A stretch of DNA of 63,674 nt, filler included, from Octopus bimaculoides (lineage: Eukaryota), in the NCBI RefSeq assembly GCF_001194135.2. It is 7 parts of 7 records of this genome, joined end to end, with 100 filler letters (N's around TTAATTAATTAA, not from the genome) between each part and the next. Parts side by side here need not be neighbours in the genome. Positions count along the whole stretch, not along the records: positions 1 to 27,222 come from NC_068991.1; 6 more parts are not named here. One strand, given 5' to 3'. Below the pieces are notes generated by a model. That model was not told the DNA's origin and did no database searches. It was given only the letters and a program-made list of their open reading frames with translations. This document shows, piece by piece, positions 12,648 to 25,212 of the stretch. Position 1 is the first letter of the stretch; each line of letters opens with the position of its first letter. The position numbers and the translations under genes are program-made.

Positions 12648-13270
12648 CTGTAAATAGAAAATATAGGTCAACATTATCAGACATAAAACAGTTTGCTTCT
12701 AGGTTTCTAGATCGAAATGAAAATATGTGATGCTTATTCATCTCATATTATAATGAGTTGACAACCGAAAACGAGGTAATATAAATTCAATTCAAACGTT
12801 ATTTTATATATTTAACTTCTGTTCAGTTGATATCTTCTTTTCAATGATGACAACACCAAAAACTGCTTTTGATGACACCTTCTAGATGTATGAATGGTAA
12901 TGTGGTAATTTAAAGAATTCGCTAAATAAATTCACTGATATTTAATAGACTTGGCCTCGAATCTTTTGGACTATTCAAATATATCTGACCTTATGTCAGT
13001 GTAATTTGATCTTCAACCACTTGATGCAAAAAGAGCTAGACACTAAAATAAAAAAAATAAAATTGCATAAATCAGATGACTTACCTTTTCCCTGACTGTC
13101 TGTCTGTCTGTCTGTTTTTGTCTCTCCCTCTCCTCCCCCCTCTCTCTGTTTACACAATCATCTTGAATATTCACTTCATACAATCCCGTTTTAGAAGCTC
13201 TTCTGGTCAATCATTGTAGTGTTTGCATTGAATTTCAGTGTGTGTACGTTTGTATATGTGTATATATGTG

Positions 13271-13314
<44 letters not shown>

Positions 13315-14253
13315 TAAATGGCCACATACACCCACACGCACACACAGACACACGCACATTTAATATTGTCTCATGCTATCTTTAAAAGCTTCTCGAGCCC
13401 TTTCATCGCCATGTGTTTCTTGTTCATGTAGTGTCTGATTTCGTTTATTCACTTGACCACTATCATTCTATTTCTAAATCAGCTTAATTTATTTTGTTTT
13501 ATGCAGTTGATATGTCAGAGTTTTGTAAAGGAAATATTAATGGTAGAAAATAGCTTTATATAAATGTAGTGTAGTTTGAATTTTTGTGAGGTCTACTGCA
13601 CCGAAAGTCTTCTGTTCNNNNNNNNNNNNNNNNNNNNNNNNNNNNNNNNNNNNNNNNNNNNNNNNNNNNNNNNNNNNNNNNNNNNNNNNNNNNNNNNNNN
13701 NNNNNNNNNNNNNNNNNNNNNNNNNNNNNNNNNNNNNNNNNNNNNNNNNNNNNNNNNNNNNNNNNNNNNNNNNNNNNNNNNNNNNNNNNNNNNNNNNNNN
13801 NNNNNNNNNNNNNNNNNNNNNNNNNNNNNNNNNNNNNNNNNNNNNNNNNNNNNNNNNNNNNNNNNNNNNNNNNNNNNNNNNNNNNNNNNNNNNNNNNNNN
13901 NNNNNNNNNNNNNNNNNNNNNNNNNNNNNNNNNNNNNNNNNNNNNNNNNNNNNNNNNNNNNNNNNNNNNNNNNNNNNNNNNNNNNNNNNNNNNNNNNNNN
14001 NNNNNNNNNNNNNNNNNNNNNNNNNNNNNNNNNNNNNNNNNNNNNNNNNNNNNNNNNNNNNNNNNNNNNNNNNNNNNNNNNNNNNNNNNNNNNNNNNNNN
14101 NNNNNNNNNNNNNNNNNNNNNNNNNNNNNNNNNNNNNNNNNNNNNNNNNNNNNNNNNNNNNNNNNNNNNNNNNNNNNNNNNNNNNNNNNNNNNNNNNNNN
14201 NNNNNNNNNNNNNNNNNNNNNNNNNNNNNNNNNNNNNNNNNNNNNNNNNNNNN

Positions 14254-14385
14254 ATATATTTTCGAAAGGACAAATGATAAAGTTGACTTCGGAGGGATTC
14301 GAGTTCAGGGCGCATAGAGCTGGAACAACGATTGCGAAAGGCAGTCCGACCAATTCTTCAATGATTCCACAAGTTTGCCGCCTGA
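14254..14385 (-). mobile_element. SINE family 2 5' fragment
   Basis: ctgaactcgaatccctccgaagtcaacttt matches the gagttcaaattccgccgaggtcgacttt core of other copies. Confidence 0.5.
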
Positions 14386-14803
14386 AATCATATTCGATTG
14401 TCTTAGGTGAAAGCAAGGCATATTTGATAACACAGTTGAAAATAGAATGTGTTTGGAAAAAAGAGGCAAAATGATGGCAACTGGAACTGCTTTGATGATA
14501 GTTAGTTGAACTAAGCTTATTCTGGGGTATCCATAATAACAAAACTTGTAAAATTATTGTACTCACGATCACCAACCCCTGTTCAAATATCTCTTGGTAA
14601 GTATTTCATTCACCTACCCCAACACTCTATCTGTCTCTCTCTCCCCTTTTCTCTCCCTCTCTCTCTTTTTATAACATCCATCGTTACTTCAATATACACA
14701 TCTCATAACATAAAGCTTCTAGCGAGCCCTGAACGGTCTGTATCAGTCAACGTTTTCTCCACCTTGTAATCTTCATTAATCTTCTAAATTAAGATTTAGA
14801 ACG

Positions 14804-14852
<49 letters not shown>

Positions 14853-15076
14853 TCGCGCGTGCGACGTGTATGTGTGTGTGTTAAAGACACACAAATACAA
14901 ATATCTTTCTGTCTGTCAATCTGTGTGTCCATCTGTCTCTCTGTCTCTCTCTCTGTCTCTCTGTGTCTCTCTGTCTCTCTCTCACTCTCAGTCTATCTAT
15001 CTATCTTTTTGTGCGAGCTCACATGTGTGCATGTATATATATATATGCGTATGTGAATCAAATATAAAGTATTTAC

Positions 15077-15215
15077 GAACAGCATAAACAATTTGTAGAG
15101 GATTAAACTGGAAGGAAGTTCCATGGATGCTGTGAGGAAGTAATTCAGATGACGGTCCCCAGACAAACTACTGGAGGTCAAGTAGAGTCCGAAATATGTC
15201 ACACTGGTAATCAAC
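15077..15215 (-). CDS. SLC22: SLC22-family exon (TM7-TM8): LITSVTYFGLYLTSSSLSGDRHLNYFLTASMELPSSLILYKLFMLF
   Basis: YFGL..LSGD..LNYFL...ELP motif. ttcAG acceptor completes the Trp codon. Probable donor GTaaat at 15076; an alternative GT lies at 15080, so the 3' boundary is less certain. Confidence 0.87.
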
Positions 15216-15344
15216 CTGAAACACAGGAAACAAAATAGACATTTGGCTTTTGTTCTTTCTTAAAAATATTATTACACGTAGTGGTCAGTTTTTTGTTGTA
15301 CATTATCAAATATAACTAATGTTGTTTTATATGTATTTTTGGCG

Positions 15345-15493
15345 CAGGCGCGGCTGTTTAGTAAGAAGTTTGCTTCCCAACCACATGATTCCAGTTTCAG
15401 TCCCACTGAGTAGCACCTTGAGCAAGTATCTTCTACTATAGCGTCGAGCTTACCAAAGCCTTGTGAGTAGATTTGGTAGACGGAAACTGAAAA
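15345..15493 (+). mobile_element. SINE family 1 5' half
   Basis: gtaagaagtttgcttcccaaccacatg..ttcagtcccact...gatttggtagacggaaactgaaa running into a gap. Confidence 0.8.
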
Positions 15494-15927
15494 NNNNNNN
15501 NNNNNNNNNNNNNNNNNNNNNNNNNNNNNNNNNNNNNNNNNNNNNNNNNNNNNNNNNNNNNNNNNNNNNNNNNNNNNNNNNNNNNNNNNNNNNNNNNNNN
15601 NNNNNNNNNNNNNNNNNNNNNNNNNNNNNNNNNNNNNNNNNNNNNNNNNNNNNNNNNNNNNGTAAGCTAGCGGTTCGGCATTAAAAAAATAAGAACTGGA
15701 CCTTTTGAGCGGGATGGGCTACTCGACCTGAAGAAAATTCTAACTGGGCCCCACTTGCGAGGTCATGCGCTGTTTATCTTGATATGAGTTCACCATGTCG
15801 CGCACATATGTTTGTGATACATGTGTCTGGTGTACCCTTATCAGACAGGTAGTCATGATGGGTATACTGGGCTTCGTAATTTTTTTTCCCCAGTGTCACT
15901 TTGATGGCATGCACTGCTCTTTCACTC

Positions 15928-15980
<53 letters not shown>

Positions 15981-16059
15981 CAACAACAAAAATAACATTA
16001 AAAACAGCGGCAACAGCATCAGCAACGTCAACACCACCAACAACAACACTAATAACCTT

Positions 16060-16969
16060 TCTACTATAGGCACAAGGCTTGAAATTTTGGAGGAGGGAAC
16101 CAGTCGATTAGATTGACCCCAGTACTCTACTGGTATTTACTTTGTCGACCCCGAAAGGATGAAATGCACAGTCGACCTCGGTGGAATTTGATCTCAGAAC
16201 GTAAAGACAGACGAAATGCCGCCAAGCATTTTGCTCGGCGTGCAAACGATTCTGTCAGCTCGACGCCTTAACAACAACATTAATAACAGGAGCATGAATA
16301 AGGACAGCAGCTTCAACAACAATAACAATGTTTTCAAATTTTGCCACAATGGCCAGTAATTTTAGATTATATCGACCCCAGTGATGAACTGGTACTTGTT
16401 TTATTGGGTAAAGTTGACCTCTGCGGGTCTTAAACTCTGAAACTAAAGAGCCGGAGGAAATGTCGCTTTGCATTTTCTCCGACGGGCCTTTGATTCTGCC
16501 AGCTCACTGCCTTAGTTTCTGATTTAGACACTAGGCCAGCAATATTAAGGGCTGTGGGTAGGTCGTAGCTACGGATTCTAGTATTGCACTGGTATTGTAG
16601 TGTAGCTTATTAGACCACTTTTCGTAATTTCCTAATGTCTGCAGTGGGACTAGAATTCATAACATGAGGGACCGTAAGTGAAAACAGAATGCTCTATTGT
16701 ATCTTTCGAGCTAAACATTCCATTGTCCATCACCTTAACAACAATAAAATAATTAGCAGAATCGTTAGCACTCATGGCAAGATGCTTGGCGGTATTTCGT
16801 TCGTCTTTACGCTTTGAGTTCAAATCCTACCGAGGTCGACTTGGCCTTTCATCAATTTCGAGATCGATGAAATAAGTACCAGTTGAGCATTGCGATCGAT
16901 ATAATCGACGAGATCACTCCCAACAAATTTCAGGCCTTGTGCCTATAACAGAAAGAATTATTATTATTA

Positions 16970-17019
<50 letters not shown>

Positions 17020-17400
17020 AAGCTGGCGGTATTCCGTCTGCCGTTACGTTCTGAGTTCAAATTCTGCTGATGTCGATTTTGCCTTTCATCCTTTCGAGGT
17101 CGATAAATTAAGTACTAGTTGCGTACTGGGGTCGATAAAATCGACTGGCCCCCTCCCACCAAAATTTTGAGCCTTGTACAAAGAGTAGAAAAGATTATTA
17201 TTATTATTAAGGCGGCGAGCTGGCAGAGTCGTTAGCACGCCGGGCGAAATGCTTAGCGATATTTCGTCGGGGCCAACCTTACATTTCGTCTTTTCGGAGT
17301 CGATTAAATAAGTACCAGTTACGCACTGGGCCAAGTGTAATCAACTTAATCCCCTTCCCCCAAATTTGAGGCTTTGTGCTTCCAGTAGAAAGGATTATTA
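16060..17400. mobile_element. Cluster of about six SINE family 2 copies (minus 16064-16269, 16340-16513; plus ~16755-16960, 17020-17190, 17210-17395) separated by (TTA)n/(AAC)n
   Basis: Repeated gcagaatcgttagcac...ctgagttcaaattc..gaggtcgac...ggccttgtgc consensus in both orientations. Confidence 0.85.
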
Positions 17401-17432
17401 TTATTATTATTATTATTATGAAGAAGACTTAC

Positions 17433-17741
17433 CATGCGAACATGATAACTAGGGTGATATTTCTGGTTGTACTGTATTTCATCATGGTCCACAATCCAAG
17501 CGCAGATTCTTTAGGATGAACTTTGGCTTCGTCTTCAGGGTTTGTTCCATTTCTGTCAATCAGTTCTTTGGACTGTTCACTTAATTGATGCATTTCCATG
17601 GCAGATTCATTAGATTTCAGACATTTTGTCCATGTTGCTTCGAAATCGACTCCGTTAAGTTTTGCTGCGCGTTTCACAACTCTTTCGGCTTCAACAATTT
17701 TCCCTTTTGCGAACAACCATCGAATGCTTTCTCTTAGGTAC
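17433..17741 (-). CDS. SLC22: SLC22-family exon (central loop to TM7): YLRESIRWLFAKGKIVEAERVVKRAAKLNG...RNITLVIMFA(W)
   Basis: ES(P/I)RWL..KG...EA....AAKxNG signature. ttatgcAG acceptor, GTaagt donor. 309 nt, phase 2 to 2. Confidence 0.92.
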
Positions 17742-17996
17742 CTGCATAATATGAATATATATGTATGTATGTACGTACGTACGTACGTATGTATGTATGG
17801 GCAAATGTATATACAATGTACATGCATACATGCATACAAACATATATATATATATATATANNNNNNNNNNNNNNNNNNNNNNNNNNNNNNNNNNNNNNNN
17901 NNNNNNNNNNNNNNNNNNNNNNNNNNNNNNNNNNNNNNNNNNNNNNNNNNNNNNNNNNNNNNNNNNNNNNNNNNNNNNNNNNNNNNNNNNNNNNNN

Positions 17997-18042
<46 letters not shown>

Positions 18043-18044
<2 letters not shown>

Positions 18045-19285
18045 CGAGGGGATGCTAAAAAGTTCATGGCTTTCAGGGTTTTGTGAAAGGGTAGTGCTGT
18101 TACCTTTACAGGGGAGGCAGGACAACTATTCAGAGGATATTAAAAAAATCATGATGGCATACAATATATCTTAATCTTTTTGCAGATTTAACGCATGATG
18201 GCAGCTCCTACCGTGGCCTTTGGTAAAACAAAAGCATGGGCGGTCATGAAGTTCCACTTTTTAAAGAAAAAAGAGTGGCGAAAATCCATGACGCGATGAA
18301 GGAAGTCTTAAAGGATGGCTGTCCATCTCAATCCATGGTGAAAATCTGGGTGTCGAGGTTTCGGACTGATCATATCGAAGTCAAGACGACCAACTTCCGT
18401 GACTACAGAGAACAAAGCCGACGCTGCGCACGTCATGATTCTCTAGGATCGCCGGATTTTAGCTAAAGTCATAACTGAGACTCTGGAATTTCCCACAAGA
18501 GAGTTGGCCACATCATCCACAACACTCTGGACATGAGAAGGCTTTCCGCAAAATGGGTACCGAAATGTCTGAACGCAGATCAGAAGCGCATCTGCGTGAC
18601 GACATGAAAGGCTATTTTGGACCGGTTTGCACTATGTCTCGTTTAGTCACCATGGATGAAATCTGCGTTCCTTATTATGATCCCCAGACCACGTAGCGAT
18701 CAGTGGAGTGGCACCTCAGCGGTTCATCGCATTCTAAGTAGTTTCGGACCCAAAAGTCAGCTTCAGTGTTTTGGAATAAAGACAAAGTACTCCTCATAAA
18801 ATACTTGCCAAAGGGTTACACCATTAACGCAGAATTCTGCATGTTGCTGTTGGATGAACTGTGTGAAGCTTTGGAGCAGAAAAGCAATGGAAAACCGAAC
18901 TGTGGTATCCTGAAATTTGCAGGGAAATGCACCAGCACACACAGCACATGTAGCTCTACAGAAAATAGACGACTTTGGATTCAAATTGGTAGACCACCCA
19001 CCTTACTATTCTGATTTAGCCCCCTCCGTCTATCACCTTTTTCGGCAACTGAAAAAACAACTCAAGGGAACGAAATTTCACTCCAGTTCGGAAGTGATCT
19101 CTACTTTAGAGGCTTGTTTGCAGGTTCAACCTTCCGTATTTCTTTTCACAAGGCTTGGAAAAACTGAAGGACCGGTGCAATAAGAGTGGGAATCCGAGAG
19201 GGGTATATGTTAAATAAAATCACAATTAACTGATCTCCAGTATATTATTTTACATGAAGCCAGCAACTTTCCAGCACCTCTTTGG
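18043..19285 (+). mobile_element. Mariner DNA transposon, near full length, inactivated
   Basis: TA-CGAGGGGATGCTAAAAAGTT left end and a diverged right TIR near 19260-19285. RLVTMDE, NAPAHTA and HPPYYSDLAPSVYHLF motifs; stops and frameshifts. Confidence 0.9.
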
Positions 19286-19499
19286 ATATGCGTACACACA
19301 CGCGCGCGTGTGTGTATTTATGAATATACACGTAAATATACATATTAGTGAATGTAAAAGTTTGGGAGAAAAATATGCAGAATATATACATCACAAAATA
19401 TAGGACACTTTGACACCGCAAAACAGTATATTTTAGAAAAACCATTAAATCTGATAGCAGGAACACATCACTCTTCCAGAAAACCAAGGAAGAAAACCT

Positions 19500-20210
19500 T
19501 TTATATATACAAGAACGCTCAGTCCTCGACCATAATGAAAAGAAGTTCGTAAATGATATTTAAGGATATTTGAAATCGCTAACCCCTCTTACTATAACAA
19601 TATACTATCAAGAAGCGAGGTTAATGAAAAAAGTTTACAAGAAATATAACTCCTCCCACATAATTGCAAAACAAGGATAACAAGCACAATTCTTTTAATC
19701 CACTCTACAACATGAATGAAGCTACTAACATAAAGAGAAATCTTCAATGATTATCAAAAATTAATTTCTAACCACACATAAATATAAACTTTTCAAAGCC
19801 AATAAAATAAAATGATTTAAGTTAGTTCGGACAGCATCCCTTCTTGCAGCATCCATAAATAGCCAACTTATGGCTTCGGAAAATTCTAAACTTCCGATTC
19901 AAAGGAACTTATCTCTCTCCAAAGCAGTGGTATACAGTGCGTGCATGACACTCACAGACAGTATTGAGGGAATTCAACTGAACCCACTACGAATGTTTTC
20001 AATATCAGCTACAACGAACATAAATACTCATTCAGATCGCTGGATAAAGAGAAATACAAGTCTTTGTCAACAATATGTTTTGAAATTGCTGAATAGCAGA
20101 ATTAAAATTTAAATAATGGACAGAATACTCACATACTCTATCGGGACAAGGTACTGCAGATTATGCTTTCACTGAAAAATCCAGGGTCTTGAAATAACCG
20201 CTAAAATCGC
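19500..20210 (+). mobile_element. Highly decayed Penelope-like GIY-YIG region
   Basis: Frameshifted KLFKANKIK, LSKAVVYSA, RNTSLCQ.V.KL and CRLCFTEK segments in the order expected for the PLE endonuclease. Confidence 0.62.
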
Positions 20211-20404
20211 TGAGCAGAGTTTCAGAGATGTTCCATGTCTGCCGCAGGCAGAAGATATTTCTTCTGAAAATCTACTCGCTGAAAATTTCCTCGATTTTTA
20301 AAAACCCTTGAAGTTTTCAAAGACCAAGCGATGCTTCAACGACGTATTAGCCATTATGGCTAATTCAAACTAATGAACTAAATTTCTCCTAAGAGATGCA
20401 TGCC

Positions 20405-20482
<78 letters not shown>

Positions 20483-20665
20483 CTTTAAACTAGTATGATA
20501 TTTAATCAGCATATATGGAAAAAAAGCAAAAAAAAAAAAAACAACACATCTTTCGTCATTTAGTACTGGAGTTTGCACCACGAAAGAAAATGCAAAAGAA
20601 ATAAATAAAAGACAAACAGAAAATAAAAAACGAAGTAGTGTGAAAAATCACAAGAAATTCCTTAC

Positions 20666-20868
20666 CAAAATTCAAATACGCATACGATCCCTGGAAACCC
20701 AAAAACGGCACACAGCCATCTCCATTCCGAATGCTTCATCACATAAGCAACCAACGCTAGGATCATAACACATATACCCCACCAAATCCCCAGTATGCAT
20801 GAAATTAGTGTCCGTTTGTCAGCAGGATACAATTCCAATATCATGGTAAAACCAGGAATAGCGGAACC
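20666..20868 (-). CDS. SLC22: SLC22-family organic cation transporter, internal exon (approx. TM4-TM6): GSAIPGFTMILELYPADKRTLISCILGIWWGICVMILALVAYVMKHSEWRWLCAVFGFPGIVCVFEF(W)
   Basis: ELxPxxxR and WRWL motifs of SLC22. Acceptor ttcctacAG at 20870-20869, donor GTaag at 20665-20661. 203 nt, phase 0 to 2, joins the next exon as TG|G = Trp. The exact orthologue cannot be named. Confidence 0.9.
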
Positions 20869-21049
20869 CTGTAGGAAGATATATTTAAGTTCACGGTTAT
20901 GATAAACGTTTGATGAACTCAGCATGTATGTACTTTAACATCTTGTCGCTTTCATAATAATTCTTTCCACTGTAGGCATACGGCCTGAAACTTTTTGGGG
21001 AGGGGACTAGTCGACCACAGTATTCAACTAGTACTTATTTTATCACTGA

Positions 21050-21650
21050 ATAAACGAAACCCTCGAATCTATCACTGTATATATACACATACGCACGCGC
21101 ACAAAACACATACAGAGTCGCATATCTATGTATTTATGAATATATGTATGTACGTATGTATGTATGTACCCACGCGCATAGGTGCACCATATTCTATACT
21201 TACGTAGACGAGGGTCGATTCACATGAAAAAGAAAGTGAACAAAATAATACAGCCGCTTGCTTATCGAGAAATTTGTAAATTCCATTTTTTTTTCAGTTT
21301 TTAATTTTTTCGTTAAGTATCACAATTATAGGTATGTATACTCCAATGAAATTAAGAAAACGAGTCGTAAATAAACAAAACCCTCGAATCCATCTCTGTA
21401 CACACACACATACATACACACACACACACATACACACACACACAAACACACACAAACACACACACACAGTCGCAGCCTATGTATGTATGTATATATGTAT
21501 GTATGTACCCACATGTGTCTACGCGCATATGCATACCATGATCTATACACATACTGACGATTATCGATTCATTTGAAAAAGAAAGCCAACAAAATAATAT
21601 TACCACTTGCTTGTCGGGAAATCTGTAGTTCGATTAAAAAAAAAAATTCT
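21050..21650 (+). repeat. Old tandem duplication, ~320-bp unit with internal microsatellites
   Basis: aaac.aaaccctcgaatc...gtacccac...gattca..tgaaaaagaaag..aacaaaataata occurs twice (from ~21053 and ~21373). Confidence 0.75.
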
Positions 21651-21989
21651 TTTAAAGATAATCAATGCAAATGTTCATCATTTTGAGCCATTCATCCAAT
21701 GAGTATTTCTGCCGAATGTGGTGAAAATCCATATATCCGTTTTCCAATAATTTTGCAAACACAGAGAAACAGACAAAGACGAGTGATTACAATACTCTGC
21801 TTTCGCTTACTCGCGCATGGTGATGATTTCTTACATTCGCCACAAGGGCATAATGAACAATATCAAAACAGGTGAGGCTTACATTGATCAAAAGGAGACA
21901 CTGTAACATTGAAAGATATAACCGAGGGATAAATAAATAGATATTAGAAAAATAAATATTTAATAAATAGAATCACTTATAGCAGGATA

Positions 21990-24300
21990 GTTCGCATAGG
22001 TAATTCGGGATAAAGTTCCCACAAAAATTCCCGATTACTCTGCCATCCCCAAGTAAGGGAAGTGCCATCTGCCTCGGTTAACGCGCTTGATCCAGAACTG
22101 CAGCTCACTCAAGAGGCGAACGGTGACAATATCTACTCGCCGTCAAGGAAATGGTGAAGATGCCATAGCCTTGGCACATGTCTACGCAACAGCATCCACG
22201 ACATACCCAATTATCCAGTTAGCGCCTGACCAGTGGAACACATACCTTCCACAGGATGTAGAAGAATATTCGTTCCAATTTGGTCAGATGGGAACCGGGG
22301 CAAGTCACAACGGCCTGGTGATAATATATGACGGAGGCGATGTATACATTCACCACCTCTGTCCGACTTTCTAGACGTAGGTTACTCCCGGTCAATCTCT
22401 GGACGAGATTGGCTACCCTGCTCGTCACCTCGCTCCAGTTCTCTTCCACCTGGAGATCCGGACCAAACCACATCATAAGAAATCTATCCAGTACCTCCGT
22501 CCAGCGTCCTACGACGTTATTGGACGCATGAAGCTGCCTCTCTCTGACTTTTCTTGGTTAAGCTGTGCTCCTGTCAGAGATTCGTATACTCTCAGAACTG
22601 TACCGATCAACTCTATTATGGTTATGTCGTCTGCATATGCCGATACAGTTCTCCCACGTCCTAGTTCGCTCGCGATGCCTCTCAACGCCTCCAATTTCCG
22701 AAGTAGTGGCTCTAGAACCAGTACATACATAACAGACGAGAGGGGGCACTCTTGACGGACCGAACGCATTATACTGAACGGTCGTCTCAACAGGTAACCA
22801 TCCACTGAAACTTTCGAGTAGATGTCGCTGTACATTGTGGCAACCCAGCCACGAAAAACGGGACCGAAACCGACAACTATGAGAATGGCTTACAAGTATT
22901 GGTGGTGGACCCTACCGGAGACTTTGATTGATCCAAATTGATCAGGGCCCGACCAATACCAACTTCTTTACCCACTCTGTCTATGATATATTGCATCAGG
23001 TAGAAGGTGTCGTGGACAGATCTACTTGGAATTGCGCATTTTTCGTATCATCAACCATTTCCTCGACTACAAGCGTTAACAACTTAGTCAAAATTTTGAA
23101 ATCTATGTTCAACAGCCTTATGGACCTAAAATGTTCTATTTGATCCCCTTTCCTTGGTTTCTTCCTTAGCAGTATCACGACTCTTTGTCTCGCAGAACTA
23201 GGAATTCTCCTATTATTCTGTCAGTTGCGGTAGATGTCTGCTAAGAGGCTGCGAAAAAAGTCCGGCATATGAAAGTAAAATTCATAGGGCAGATCATCCA
23301 AACCAAGCAATTTGTTCCCCATGCAACCCATCATCACATCCCGTATTTTTGCGGCTGTTATCGGCGTTTGACAACACTCCACCCCCATTGCAGAGAGTTG
23401 TTACACGCCGTCGAGTTAGGCACTGAAGTTCATCCTGCGTTCAAACACTTGAGCAAAGTGCTTCCGTAATTCCACACACATCTGCTTGAGTTTGGGTTGC
23501 TGTGTTTTCATTTGTGAAGGTGTTTTTGATGTTGGACATGTTTGTAATTGTCTTGGTATAGAGTGTGTGTGGGTGTGTGATAGTTTGCAGGTTTCTTAAT
23601 CTTCTCCTCTAATCTATCTGCTTTTAGTTTATAACTTTTTGTCTTTTTCCTTGTACCATTCTGGTGGTTTTCCCAAACTGCATACCTCATTAGACAAGTT
23701 TTACAGTCGGAGAAATCTGTGGCAGGAAAAGAGGTATGTCTGCATAGCCGCGCATTTCTAAGCTGGTTGTTTGGTCGATTGGTGTGGTTGAGTATTCTCT
23801 CAGTTGCGATAGCCTCAGGTGTGGTACCGGTACTTCCTGCTGATTCTGTAGAATGGATCTCTCCTGCTGCTTCTTTGGTTGATGGTGTTTTGCATGTTGC
23901 CGCTCTTAGCACTGACTTGTAAGTGTTGTTGTTGGTGGCGCTGCTCTTGTTGCTTTTAATGCTGTTGTTGTTGTATTAGCAGTGTCTGCAATAGCGGAGA
24001 GGTGTTCTTTTTCTTTGCATGGGGTAGAAAGCCTTTGAATGGTTTGTCTTGTCACAAATGTGACATCTCGGTTTTTTTCTCTCGACTGCCAGAATTAGCT
24101 GTCTGACTTTAAGAAGGTTGATCAAATCAGGGATGACTTCGATGTTCCCATCGGCGTGTATCAATAATTCCGTGCCCATGTCTGATCAATTCTCCTTTCC
24201 TATTTTGTGTACCTTGTGAACTCTTGTTGTGTTGGCTAGCCGTACAATATGGCTGCCACCAGCAGAGGGATGTCGTCTTCTGGTGGCACCTCCCCTACCT
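21990..24300 (-). mobile_element. Tx1/L1-clade LINE remnant (partial ORF1 zinc knuckle plus RT)
   Basis: RKKPRCHICDKTNH, FRSIRLLNIDFKIL, RSVRQECPLS, SAYADDITI, WSEVTSRV. Many stops and deletions. Confidence 0.87.
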
Positions 24301-24670
24301 ATCATACATTGGAAATTATATAAGATTTATGAAATACCTCCAGGAAAGAAATCGTAAAACATATGAAAAAGATCTCAAGTAAATACAAACTAACTATTCT
24401 CGGGTAGATGCCAAATCATATAGACAAGGAAAGTAATGCTAATCCAATATTTATTCTGGAAGGTTACGGAGAATAAGTGTATTATAACAGATGTATTGTT
24501 TCTAACTTTATAAATCTCTGAAAGAATTGAAGAAAGTCTCTGAATATAAGGTCTGGCAATAGAAACAGCCAGAATCTGGGGACAAAAGACAAGACAATCT
24601 CTGTTCTCTATGATAACAGTAGGGTGGTATGGCGCTGGGGGCTTAGGGAATTATGACATATGTAAATATA
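24300..24670 (+). mobile_element. Decayed R4/Dong-type restriction-like endonuclease fragment
   Basis: IIHWKLYK, ENKCIITDV, KVSEYK.LAIETARIWG match the better-preserved copies at 26.2 and 42 kb. Confidence 0.6.
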
Positions 24671-24709
24671 CCTCCAAATTCACAACACAAAATATATGAC
24701 TTCTGTTAA

Positions 24710-24890
24710 CACAAAAGAGCGTGGCTATGTGAAGCAGCTTCTCAACCACATGGGTTTGGGTTCAGTCCCACTGCGTGGTAGCTTGGATAAGTATCTTCTA
24801 GTATAGCCCCAGACCGACCAAAGCATTTTAAGTAGATTTGGTAGACGAAAACTGAAAGAAGCTCGTTATATACATGTACATATGTTGTTG
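24710..24890 (+). mobile_element. SINE family 1 5' half
   Basis: ggttcagtcccactgcgtgg...gatttggtagacgaaaactgaaagaagc. Confidence 0.8.
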
Positions 24891-24892
24891 TT

Positions 24893-25212
24893 GGCACTCC
24901 GTTGCTTACGACGTCGAGGGTTCCAGTTGATCCAATCAACGGAACAGCCTGCACGTGAAATTAACGTGCAAGTGGCTGAGCACTCCACAGACACGTATAC
25001 CCTTAACGTAGTTCTCGGGGATATTCAGCGTGACACTGTGAAAAGGCTGACCCTTTGAATTACAGGCACAACAGCAACAGGAAGTAAGAGTGAGAGAAAG
25101 TTGTAGTGAAAGAGTACAGCAGGGTTCGCCACCATCCCCTGCCGGAACTTCGTGGAGCTTTAGGTGTTTTCGCTCAATAAACACTCACAACGCCCGGTCT
25201 GGGAATCGAAAC
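24893..25212 (-). mobile_element. tRNA-derived SINE, family 3
   Basis: Minus strand starts GTTTCGATTCCCAGACCGGGCG (Pol III B-box-like). The body is distinct from families 1 and 2; the head is truncated by a gap. Confidence 0.65.

Noticed and set aside
16060-17400. Regularly recurring repeats resembling a CRISPR array
   Set aside because: These are ~190-bp SINE copies with microsatellite spacers in a eukaryotic intron; no constant short repeat and no cas genes.
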